A DNA stretch of 58,630 bases, from positions 90,321,236-90,379,865 of the forward strand of contig NC_068981.1 of NCBI RefSeq assembly GCF_001194135.2. Direction: 5' to 3'. The notes under the pieces are model-generated. The model did not search any database, was not told the origin of the DNA, and saw only the letters and a list, made by a program, of their open reading frames with translations. Shown here piece after piece: positions 38,218 through 50,224 of the stretch. Every line of letters begins with the position of its first letter. Position 1 is the stretch's first letter. The translations under genes and the position numbers were made by a program. Origin of the DNA: Octopus bimaculoides (Eukaryota).

Positions 38218-39070
38218 ACTATCGCTGCATGTTAGAGTGTGCAGAACGGTCATTAGCTAGACAGAGGGGGAATGTTATACCCTAAAGAACAGATTTGTGT
38301 TTGGTCGATCAGAAGTTGAGCTCGGATGACAACTGAGAATTAAGTCACTAAGGGGTTAAAGCTAGGCTTCTAATATAAGTGATAGTTCAGATGAAAATAA
38401 ATAATGCTGGTTTTGTATTAAGAAATTAGTACGATGATGATTAAGTTATGCAGATACCTCAGTTAAATGACATCAAATTTTGTTGCAATGTCACTAAGAC
38501 TCTTTTTTTTTTTTTTTTTTTTTTTGTTTTAGAACTAACTCGGTAAAGTTTATATATTATTTTACTATTTACGCGTAGTCACCGTGTCAAAACAAAATGT
38601 CATATTAAAATTAGGAGCCAAAAGGAAGTTGTTAGTAACGATTCAAGGAGGAAGTGTATATACAATTAAAGAAAAAGTTTATGAACAATCAAACCGCAAA
38701 TTATAGTTAAAATAAATAGACAGAGATTGAGTCAACAGAGATAAACATTGTCAAGGCTACACAATTAAATTCCACTGCCTTGAAATCCAGATAAGTGAGT
38801 TCATGTAGACTTTATAGCTTGTCTTCTAGTTCTTAATCTAAATTCCTATCCTGACGGCTCTCATAAACTATTTTCTCGTTGAAGACTCAATTACCTACTC
38901 CAACATATTGGTGTAATTATGTAGACTGCTATAAATAGTCGTAAGATGAGTAAACAAAGTTTTTGTATGGGCACTTTTAATCACATTAAGATCTCATCTT
39001 CACTCTTAAAACAACCTTATATAAATTTCTTATATAAATAACTTATATAAATTTCTATTGTTTTTTTAAG

Positions 39071-39671
39071 AGTGTAGATGGAGACACTACCAAAAGCATT
39101 TGCAGAGGCAGCATCATATGCTTACGTTGAAAAGACTAAGCATATGGAAGGTAACTGCAACATTACAAACCCATCCAGCAGATAAACGAATGTAAAACAT
39201 TAATAATTTTTATATTAAAGTAGATTTGTTTTTTTGAATCTTTTTACGACTCCAGATCTCAAAAGGATTAGGTAATATGCCCCATACTGCACCAGGCAGA
39301 CTGTTGAAACTTATCCGCAACTACCAGTCCTATTAATTGCCAATGTTACTGAAAACGATGTAAGTTGTTTACTCTTGACACATAAATAACCAGGAAAAGA
39401 TGTAAAACATGAAAACTAACGATTTTGTCATATTTATTTATAGAAAAACGATACTAGATAAGAGATCGAGACCCACGCTTCAAGGATTATATGAATAACA
39501 CAGGGCAAGAATCCTTTAAAATTGGCTGTGGGGAGGGGAAATAGATTTTTTAAATTACAGGATGCTGATAAGAAATGTAAATGTCTGAAAAGATTAAGGA
39601 ATGCAACTGTATATCTGAGAAATATATCAGCAGCTAAGCACCTTCTTCCCTTAGACACAGTCTTCTTGTGA
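39071..39671 (+). pseudogene. Three phase-compatible plus-strand exons (39071-39150, 39256-39359, 39561-39671) with an internal TAA; candidate decayed antisense gene or lncRNA
   Basis: GT-AG introns of 105 and 201 nt with pyrimidine tracts. Spliced translation METLPKAFAEAASYAYVEKTKHME|DLKRIR*YAPYCTRQTVETYPQLPVLLIANVTEND|DADKKCKCLKRLRNATVYLRNISAAKHLLPLDTVFL*. Family not recognised. Confidence 0.45.
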
Positions 39672-40227
39672 TGCAAACTCTACAAAGAGAACTTCCTCCT
39701 ACAGAGATTTTAATTGTTTAGTATTTAGTTAACTTCTACACTAAGGAATAAATAACAATAAAGGTATTATAAACGTTTCAAAAATAAAGTCTATATTTTT
39801 TACTTTAAGGATATGATGTGAAATGAAAAGTTAACCTTAAAACAATTTCCTATACAATTTGACTCTAGGATGGACAGAGAAGAGGAAAAAAACAAACAAA
39901 CAAATAGGCATATTTATTTGATAAAGGATCTATTCATTAATAAAATTTAATGATAATAAAGGAACTATTTATTTTTTAAAATGTTATTAATATCACTACA
40001 GCCTCACACAAACAAGCATATCATGTAAAAGTTGGAATCAGAAGCAGCGTTTTAAAATATCAACAATAAACCATATGGATGATGTTCTCTCATTATTACT
40101 TACACAAAGAAATAAGAGTTTAAATAGGAGAATAAGAAAATGTTGTCCCACTGAGTTTCTTAAGGCAAATGGGAGAAACAAGAAAACTTAGATAAGGAGT
40201 TGAGTAAAATAGTTATATCTATATATA

Positions 40228-40272
<45 letters not shown>

Positions 40273-40275
40273 TGA

Positions 40276-40595
40276 AGGTACATGGCTCAGTGGTTAGAGC
40301 ATTGGGGTCACAAACATGAGGCAGTGAGTTTGATTCCTAAACTAGGTTGTGTGTTGTGTTCTTGAGCAAGACACTTTATTTCATGTTGATCTAGTTCACT
40401 GGTGCCAAGCTGTATCAGCCTTTTGCCTTTCTCTTGGATAACATCAGTGGCATGGAGAAGGGAGGCTGATATGCATGGACTACTGCTGGTCTTCCATAAA
40501 CAACCTTACCGGAACTTGTGCCTCAGAGGGTAACTTTCTAGGTGCAATCCCAAGGTCATTCATGACCAAAGGGGGTCTTTACCCTTACCCTTTAC
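40276..40595 (+). mobile_element. tRNA-derived SINE family E
   Basis: TGGCTCAGTGGTTAGAGC A box, GAGTTTGATTCC B box, core TGTGTTCTTGAGCAAGACACTTT, (TTACCC) tail. Inverted copy at about 31845-32175. Confidence 0.75.
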
Positions 40596-40986
40596 ATATA
40601 TATGCATAAAATCACTGTGTTATTCTGTTTCTGAAAGTTAAAGCAGGTTTGAAGTTTCAAATTCTCAGTATAAGAAAAGAAAAAGTACTTGTTCATCACC
40701 ATTTATTTCTGAATAATTGAATGAAGAGGAACATTCTTAGAACATGATTCATTAAGCTTAAATTTTATGAGAAATGTTCATGGAAAATAATAAAAGGAAT
40801 TTTCCCCCATAATAAAAAGGATGAATACTTATATTCTCCAATGCAAATGTGTAGCAATGATTCAATTGTTAGACTTCATGATTAGAGATATCCATAAATG
40901 GATGATCAACTAAACCTAACTTGGGACCAAAAAACTGGGAGAGTAGTGGGTCTTTCCCAAAGATAATAAAGTATAAATTATAACAA

Positions 40987-41083
40987 AGGACAATCAGGTT
41001 AAATCAATAGATCAGACTGTTATTTTTATGATAGATTGATGAAAGGACAAATCAAAAATACATGTATCAAACCTTATATATAC

Positions 41084-41140
<57 letters not shown>

Positions 41141-42581
41141 TAATATAAGTAGTCATGTGCAATGTTTTACCCAAAAGGAAAACTATGATTGTCATTAAAT
41201 ATGACTAGGGTGTCAGAACACCTACATTGCTGAAAATAAGAGCTAAAAAGCACTTAATTGTATACATATGTACTGAAGGGACTAGAGCTTTGTAGCTCTT
41301 ATTTCTAGCAATGTAGGTATTCTAATACCCTAGGGAACTTTAACTTCCGTTTACCTACCCATTAGACAGCTAGTTTAGAAATACGGTAAATATAAGGCTG
41401 GATGTAAACAATATACACATTCTGGAATAGGATCAAGTCAACACTGCAGATGAAAGTATTGGTTTCAAATTTTAGCACAAGGCCAGTAATTTCAAGGGAG
41501 GGAGTAGGGCGATTACATCAGCTCAAGTAATCAACTTATACTTATTTTATCGACCCCTAAAGGATGTAAGGCAAAGTGAGCCTCAGCTGAATTTGAACTC
41601 AGGATGTAACGATGGACAAAATGCCACTAAGCATTTCGCTGCGCATGCTAATGATTCGGCCAGCTTGCCACCTTAGTGCAGATATAGTTTAAAAAAAAAA
41701 ACAGGGGCAATAAAGCCTTGTGAGTGAATTTGGCAGATGAAAACTGAGAGAAGCCTATTGTGTATATGTGTGTGTAAACATGTGACAGTGTATGTTTGTG
41801 TCTTCTTGTGTGATTGTTGTAAATGGATATCATTCACTTCCAATATTCTGTGAAAACATGTCTGGCCATGAAAAAATATTGCCTTGCTTGGAAACAGGAA
41901 GGGCATCTAACCATAGAAAAATCTGCTTCAATAACTCTGTCTGATATATAACATCACATATGATAACAGAATATATAATATATTATAATATATGCAATAT
42001 CATAACTATATATATATATATAGCAGTGACAGATCAAAGATGAACTGATTTAGGATCACGTGAAGTGATATGTTGCATTATATAACATATCAGACAGAAG
42101 CCAACATTAACAAAATATATTATAGCATTAATTATGATAATTGTAAACAATGCCAACATTGAAAAAATATATCATAGCATTAATTATGATAATGGTAATT
42201 GTAAACAATGTGCAACATATGTTGGTGTGTTTCATTCATATATACCATCTTTCTATTTATAACCTAGGTCCACAAAAGGTTCTCACAGGACAATCAGGTT
42301 AAATCAATAGATCAAACTGCTATTTTTATGATAGATTGATGAAAGGACAAATCAAAAATACATATATCTAACCTTATATATATATAATTAATATAAGCAG
42401 TCGTGTGCAATGTTTTACTCAAAAGGAGAACTATAATTGTCACTAAATATGACTAGGGTATTAGAACACCTACATTGCTAAAAATAAGAGCTAAAAAGCA
42501 CTTAATTGTATACATATGTACTGAAAGGACTAGAGCTTTGTAGCTCTTATTTCTAGCAATGTAGGTATTCTAATACCCTAG
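40987..42581 (+). repeat. Local direct duplication of about 300-350 bp (40987-41333 and 42287-42581)
   Basis: Both begin AGGACAATCAGGTTAAATCAATAGATCA and differ mainly in the internal (TG)n length. Confidence 0.88.
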
Positions 42582-42593
42582 TCATATTTAGTG
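42441..42593. repeat. Foldback element: 53-bp arms (2 mismatches), 47-nt spacer
   Basis: Arms 42441-42493 and 42541-42593; second, truncated copy at about 41195-41333. Confidence 0.9.
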
Positions 42594-42844
42594 TGTGTAC
42601 ATGTGTATATATATATATAACATAAAGATGGAGAATTATACATCTACAGTGTTTTTAATATTACAGTCTTTCATATGTTTGTTCCCTTTAAACCAGTGTT
42701 CAACATATGTTTCTACTGCATAAGTATCTTAGGATATGGTGTCCATTTGCATCCTGTTGGTTTAGTTGCACTAAGATCTCATCCAGGTTAAATGTATCCA
42801 TGTAGCTTTATTCAGTGTTGCCACTAGTAGAGTTTAAAGTGAAC

Positions 42845-42878
<34 letters not shown>

Positions 42879-43104
42879 TACAAAAGTACAAATAAAGGTT
42901 ACAAACCTCATTGAGGGATAGCAAAATCTAATGAAAGTACTGGCTAGTTACCCATACAAAGAATGTTGAACATTACAGTTAATACTCAACTGCAAGGCAA
43001 CAATATAAGCTGTAGTTTATATATATTTATTTATTGTATAATGAGATAAGAAAATAGAGAGATAATTGATAGATTATTATCTATTAATTAAAATATATCT
43101 TCTA

Positions 43105-43510
43105 TCTTTTACTTGTTTCAGTTATTATACTGCAGCCATGCTGAGGCACCACCAAGAATTTTTAGTCAAATGAATCAACCCTAGTACTTATTTATTATTT
43201 TGGTTTTTGCTACGTCTGGTCCTTATTCTATTGGTCTCTTTTGCCGAACTGCTAAGTAGTAGCGATGTAAACACACCAACACCAGTTGTCAAGCTGTGGT
43301 GGGAGACAAACACATACAAAATCACACACACACACACACAGATATATACAAGATGGACTTCTTTCAGTTTCTGTCTACCAAATCCACTCACTAGGCTTTG
43401 GTCAGCCCAAGGTTATAGTGAACACTTGCCCAAGGTGCCACACAGTGGGACTGAAGCTAGAATCATGTGGTTGAGAAGCAAGCTTCTTATCACATGGCCG
43501 TGCCTGTGCC
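43105..43510 (-). mobile_element. SINE family B
   Basis: Collinear reverse-complement match. Confidence 0.78.
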
Positions 43511-43864
43511 CATCTCTAACCATCCCAAGCCCACCCACTCTTTTTGTTCTGTCCCCATCATTTCTATTTACCTTGTATCTTGAGGGTCTGCCTTAACACT
43601 TTATCACCACTATTTTACCTCTCTTTTCCCATTATTTCTTCTATAATGTGAGTAGACATTTAGTTCTTGTACAAGAAACCTGTACTCTTCAGGCCCCTTC
43701 TTTGTCTTAACCTCTCACATTCTAGCGTAAAACTGCTTCCCACTCTAATATAGTCTTTTAGTCATGCAAGCTGCATCATAGGCAATTTATCTCCAAAGAG
43801 GCACATCTGAAAACATTTGCTAACATATTTTTATATTAAACTATTCATTAAGATCAGTTGCCAC

Positions 43865-44195
43865 ACCATCATCATCGTCGTTTAACGTCCGCTTTCCATG
43901 CTAGCATGGGTTAGACGATTTGACTGAGGACTGGTGGACCAGGAGGCGACACCAGGCTCTAATCTGATTTGGCAGAGTTTCTACAGCTGGATGACCTTCC
44001 TAATGCCAGCCACTCCGAGAGTGTAGTGGGTGTTTTACGTGCCACCGGCACGAGGGCCAGTCAGGCGGTGCTGGCAACAGCCACGCTCGAAATGGTGTAT
44101 TTTACGTGTCACCTGCACAAGAGCCAGTCCACCGGCACTGGCAACGATCTTGCTTGAATGTATTTTCACGTGCCACTGGCACAAGTGTCAGGAAG
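43865..44195 (-). repeat. Repeat family C, longer copy
   Basis: (CAT)n tail plus about 320 bp body with internal acgtgccac repeats. Confidence 0.78.
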
Positions 44196-44197
44196 GC

Positions 44198-44238
<41 letters not shown>

Positions 44239-47200
44239 CTTATTGGAAGTGTTACCATGTACATGTTTTGTTTTGGTATAAAAGATGGGTTACAGCAAAT
44301 ATTCTGCTCAATACCACTGACCTGATTGACCCTTAGCGGATGCTGCTATGTGCAACTTTGATCATGAGCAAGAGTAGTGGAGGAGCATCATAGCCATGTG
44401 TCGAGAGGAATTCTTTGGAGTTTGAATATTTCACCTCTGGAAACATTGGTGTTTCATTCATCATCAATAAACCCTATTCAGGGACCTTTTGAGTGGGATG
44501 GGCTACTCGCCCTGAAGAAAATTCTAACTGGGCGCTAACTGACCTGCAAGGTCATGTGCTGTTTATCTTGATATGAAATCACCATGTCATGCACATATAG
44601 TAGTGATGCATGTACCTAGTGTACCCTGATCAGATGGGTACATTGGGCTTCATATATTGGCACCCCAGTGTCACTTAGATGGCATGCATTTCTCTCACTT
44701 GATAATAATAATAATCCTTTCTACTAAAGGAACAATGCCTGAAATTTTGGAGAAGATGACTAGTCAATTACATCAGCGCCAGTATTTAACAGGTACTTAA
44801 TTTATCGATCCCAAAAGGATGAAAAGCAAAGTCAACCTCAGCAGAATTTGAACTCAGATCTGAGGATGGATAAAATACTGCTGAGCATTTTTCCCAGTGT
44901 GCTAACGATTCTCTCAGCTTTTATAATAATCCTTTCTAATATAGGCACAAGGCCTGAAATTTCAGAGGACAGGTTAAGTCAATTACATCAACCCCAGTGC
45001 TCAACGGGTCCTTATTTTACTAATTCCGAAAGGATGAAAGGCAAAGTCAACCTTGGTGGAATTTGAACTCAGAATAGCCTTTGCTTTCCAGCTCTCGAGT
45101 GTAATCAAATATACTTAATTAAATAAAGTATTCTTTTCTCCCAAAATGTGAGATCTTGTGTCAAAATTAGAAATCCCTGTTACTTATAATTATTATTCTA
45201 ATGGCACCATAGTTTAGATTTTAAAATGTGTGCAATAATTTCAGCAAAATTATCTTATTTAATTCCTATCAAACCTTCCATTAACAATAGTTAGCTGCAT
45301 AAGGATAAAACAAAGACTACCCAAATCAACCACCTAATACTTGGATATTGGGCGATTGGACCTCTATGCAGTTATTCGACCTGCTAAAAATAACAGCCAC
45401 ATCGCTCACAAATTAAACCTCTCTGTGCTCACAAAAAAAGAGAATGGACACTCAGTGTAGTCTTTGGGATTCTAAAAAAAAAAGGAAGGTGATGGCTAGA
45501 ATGCTTTTGATCAAGGCTAACCAGTGACTAATAACGACCACTACACTACCTTCAGCAAAAGCATCTTTACGTGATCACTGAACCTGTTAGAAATAGCAGC
45601 CAGATTTTCAAAATTGCAGTCATTGAAACGGTGACATTGGAATAAACAAACGACGAGAATGATCACAGCTGGAAAGCCTTTGATAATAGACGTGCTAGAT
45701 CAAGACAAGACGTGGGACTAAACAATATAAACTAAAGGTGCTTAGCAATAGAAAAATATCGATTTAAATATTGCTTTTATTTTGATTTCAAATAAACAAC
45801 AAAGAGAATACCTAACATTTTAATAGTCATCCTTTGTGTGCCAACAACATGTATATATTGTACATAAGATCTAGAATTATATTTTTGTCAGGGGTAAATA
45901 TTTTCAACAACGATGCCCCCTAAATGATTTATTTTGGCGCACGGATAAAACTATATTTAAAAATCTATAAAAACTATTGTTGCAACCAGTTTTTTTGCTT
46001 TCTCCTTTTTTCAAAATAACTTTTGTTTTCTTTATCTGTTTAAAGCCTGTGTTTTTTTCTTTCTTTATGCTTAAAGCTAATAGTTTTTTTTAAACCTTGT
46101 TATATCCCTGAACTCTGTGTATGATAATGCAGAGAGCCCTGTCACCCTGAATGAAAAGTACTAGTTTAGAAAATATACTATATTGGATTTTTAAATAACA
46201 AATTACAAATACATGTCTTCAGAAACCAACAACTCAACTTGTAGGTCCCTCCAAATAGTTAATGAAAGTAGAATCAAGACGTTTGCAATGCTGATCCTTC
46301 TTTCTTTGTAAGTGCTCTGATGAGATGCTTTTCGACGGGCGGTTCGTTGGCTTCCCGTGCAAAGCTGAATTTGAGTAAGCCTATGAAACAGAAGGGTTGG
46401 TACCTGAGAACTTACCCCAACTCTCTCTTCAAAGTGGTTTTGATTTTACTGTATTACGTAGGCAAAACAACTGATTGCTGTAACTAGATTTTACTACTGG
46501 GATCGACGTTTGACTTATCTTTCAGAGTTGATAAAATAAATTAGTTATTTACTGGTGTTGAGTCAATTGACTAAATCTTTCTAAGAACTGTAGCCTTATG
46601 ACAACAGAACAAAAAAAAAAGTAATTTTCATAGAACCTGGATATCTGGAATCACCTTGTGCAATATCATTGTATATCTTTAAAAAACCTCTAAATTTCTC
46701 CAGATATCTCTCAGCAATAGTGAGGATTTATACTGTCAAAATACATTTTTTTTTTAATGCCAGTCTGTTTTTCTGCCAGATATAAATATATCAAAAGGGA
46801 ATGTGAACAGTTTCAACTGTACCTGAACATATCCAATTAGATTCAATCTAAGAATCATTAAATAATATTCGAGATTTTGTAAATCCATTACTTTTGATTG
46901 GCACGCAAAATTTCGGAGTATTAATGTCACAATAGGAATTGATGACGTCGGTTTTCTTAAAAGCATAAACAACTCCCCATTTCTTCGATCCTTATAAATA
47001 CTCCAGCTTCAAAGTACTCAAAAACAATACTACAATTCCATCTGTGGTATATAACATAAAACCGGAAAGACACGTCGAACGGATTTTAAGGTTTCCAAAT
47101 TACATTTGTATACAAAGTAGCGGGTGCTACTTTTACTGAATACGATGGATTCATTCTCGCCACTTACTATTATTTAAAGTTGTTTATGTAATGCCCTTCA

Positions 47201-47524
47201 GAATATATATAACTATAATAACTTCCTATTCTCATAGCTATAACTTTAAACAGTTATGCATTAGAAAAAGAAATCATACCATGCAAATTAAGATCCAATA
47301 CAAGAGTTCAATAGTTTATGCTGGAATAGAATTTTCTATATTGAAGATTTAAAGTTTCACACCAAGGTTAAATTTTAAGATGAATAAAACAAAACTACAT
47401 ATATTACGTTCCTTTTCTTAGAACTTCTGAAGACAAGGAAGCTAGTCATTCTACTTTTTCACTATGTGGTAGGCGGTCAACTCGTTAGTTGAGTCTATTT
47501 GTGTGTGCTATGTAGTAAGTGTAA

Positions 47525-47578
<54 letters not shown>

Positions 47579-47637
47579 TTAAGTATATATATCCTAAAGA
47601 TAAAACAAAATACTTAAAAGGTACAATAAACATTTAC

Positions 47638-47667
47638 CTTTCCAGCATCATATGTTCCATGTTTCAT
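47638..47667 (-). CDS. Candidate first coding exon of the amino-acid transporter (MKHGTYDAGK)
   Basis: ATG at 47667, donor AAG|GTAAAT at 47637. Phase 0 matches the candidate exon at 35864. No homology support for this short peptide. Confidence 0.35.
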
Positions 47668-48612
47668 ATTACTTAACAGAAAACTCGAAACGAAAACACT
47701 TGTGCGTGCGTGTGCGCATACATGTGTATATTTGTCAAATGGTGCCACGCTTTATCTATAAGCGTCATACGTGAGAGGGGGGAGAGAGAAGAGTAACAGC
47801 TCGAGTAAACAATAATACAAAACAGGCTTTAAACATTTAAAACACTATCTATATATATATATCAATAGACAGATTACATTTATCTATTTGCGTTTGCCAG
47901 TTGGGCGGGGAATTTCAATTGTGAATTGGGTTTAATTTTAAGTGGTACTTGTATCCAAACTGACAAATATTGTCTTCTTTCTCTAAGCTGTTACTTGTGG
48001 GCCGGTTCTAAGTTTTAATGATCATAAAACATAAGGATACGAAAAAAAAAACATTATTATATTTATATTCTTTTTTTATGCACATGCTCCATTGAAATAT
48101 GACTTGTTTATTTCGCTACTAAATTAACAATTCTTGCTAAAAAATAATTTATTGGATATATTAACATTTTTCATTCAACATCTTCGAGTAAGATAAAGCA
48201 TCGCCAGCTTTGGATTTTGTAAATAAACTTCAAAGATTACTCCACAAAATTGGTAAAAGAAAGGGAAAGTAACGAAAATTGTAATCAACGATGAAGTATT
48301 CATTTTTTCTTCTGTTATCTATGTAAAAAAGTATTTACCTTTTTTTGTAGATAATTGAGGGATCGTTGAGGCCAACAGACCCCATACCTGGGAAGGATAA
48401 AAATGATTGATAATGATATAGGGTGCAGTCACTCGTATTAAATGCACAGATTTAAGAGGAGTTCGCGGGAACGAGTTGGTATCTGCCAGCAGCTGTGCTC
48501 CTGGCCACATGTGTCTATGGGGGAGTGTATTATTATAATAAATAATGATGTATATGTTGCCAGAGTTAGAAAATATTTTGTTAATCTTCCCTAATTCTGC
48601 CCGTTTCAGCGA

Positions 48613-48622
48613 GTCACGTGAC
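48613..48622. promoter_or_regulatory. CLEAR / MiT-TFE (TFEB, USF) extended E-box GTCACGTGAC
   Basis: Exact 10-bp palindromic consensus in a locally CpG-enriched stretch next to a (CT)n tract, about 950 bp upstream of the candidate ATG. Confidence 0.55.
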
Positions 48623-49353
48623 AACTCCAGACCGAAATGCGTCAAGACTTCTTTCTTTGCACTTCTGCTTTAAACGTTTTCGTTCTCGCCTCACCTCCTC
48701 CTCTCTCTCTCTCTCTCTCCGTATCTCTCTTTCTTTCTTTTTTTCTTCCTCTGTTGTCTCTTTCTCTTTATCTCTCTCCGTTTCCCCTTCTCTGTCTATG
48801 TATATATCTATATCTAGTGTTACTTCTCTCTCTCTTTTCGGTAACCACACGAATGCAAACCAAGGGCAGATAAGTCGAAATTGATTACTTCGATTTCTGA
48901 GGAAAAGAAAAAAAAATAAACACATTCGCACGTGGAAGAGATTTTTTCTTTCTTACGCTACTTCAACAATATGATATTGAATGAAATCTGTTAATTTCTT
49001 GCCTAAATCAGTTTGTCATTTCTTTTATCGTTGTTACTAAAAGATATTGATATTTTCTAGAGTTTTGACGATTTGCAAGATAGTACGTACACTTTGCAAA
49101 AGATAGCTAAATTTGCAAACATTTTTTGTCTACGGAAGCATTTAAACAAAACACTGTTACGCTCGTATATAAACATTAACTTTAAAAAAAGAAAAAACAC
49201 ACAACTCAGATTCAGAAATTGCTTATCTTTTTTGCGAGAGTAGTGTTGCCTACAACTGTCCACTTTACTCAAGTCCGTTTAGAAATTTAACTGTTTCCAG
49301 TTGTGAAAAGACATTACCAAAACCTGGCAATATTTCTTCTCTTCTGAAGGTGT

Positions 49354-49632
49354 TTAACCCATAAACTGCGATAGGCCACCTCAGTGGCCAACGCGCCAGT
49401 GCGACAGGCCAAGTGCGTGGCCACGGAAGAAGGGCGTGATCTACCTAATTTTGATGACGTATAATGTATGCACACGATAGCCTTTCACCCCAGAAACAGT
49501 GTAGTCAATCACAGAAGGTGTTAAGAAACACTGAGTATTTTTTTCGAGTGATAGATCGATGTTGACCTTCACCCAAAACAGGCTCAGCTGTTCGTGTTAC
49601 ATACAGCAAAATCCCAGCAGTTTATGGGTTAA
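49354..49632. mobile_element. piggyBac-type MITE family 2
   Basis: TTAA-CCCATAAACTGC ... GCAGTTTATGGG-TTAA: 12-bp perfect TIR plus TTAA target site. Confidence 0.8.
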
Positions 49633-50224
49633 CAAACAAATCTCCGATCAATTGAGATTATCCAAGCGAACACTTGGAGAATCACTGAGACTCGGCTTAA
49701 GGTACGGGCAACTCGGGCATTCACCCAGTGTGTCTTATGTTTGAGGAGGGGTCGGAGGACGTCACGCAATGTGTTGGGATCATACAAATACAAATATGTA
49801 ATATGAAAATAAAGAGAAACATGAAAAAAATCTATGAGTGGAGTCAAGTTCATTTTAAAGTGTTTCGTAGATAACCGTGGAGGCTGAAAGTGGGTGTGTT
49901 ATATTCATGAAAAGATTGAGAAACTTCGATGCTGTATTTGAACTGTTTTTAGCTTGTACATTGTGACAAGCATCTTGTTTTACATCCACAGTGTTACCAC
50001 TTTGTAAAAATTTGGAAGAAGAAAAAAACATAGGCATGGTTGTGTTGTTAAGAAGTTTGCTTCGCAACCACACAGTTCCGAGTTCAATCCTCCCTAAGCT
50101 GACCAATACCTTGTGAATAAATTCGGTAAGCACATACTGTGAGGAAACACGTCGCTCAACGGAGAAAGTGTTTTACCTTTGACGGGGTTGGCGAGGAGAA
50201 GACGCCAGCTACTAGGCCCGCCTC

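Noticed and set aside
48319-48645. 108-aa minus-strand ORF containing MWPGAQLLAD, reminiscent of METTL21/22-type motifs
   Set aside because: No downstream SAM-binding GxGxG motif or supporting exons. More likely promoter or 5' UTR sequence.
48614-48931. Glu/Arg-rich 105-aa ORF and Ser/Leu-rich opposite-strand ORFs
   Set aside because: They are translations of the (GA)n/(CT)n low-complexity tract.
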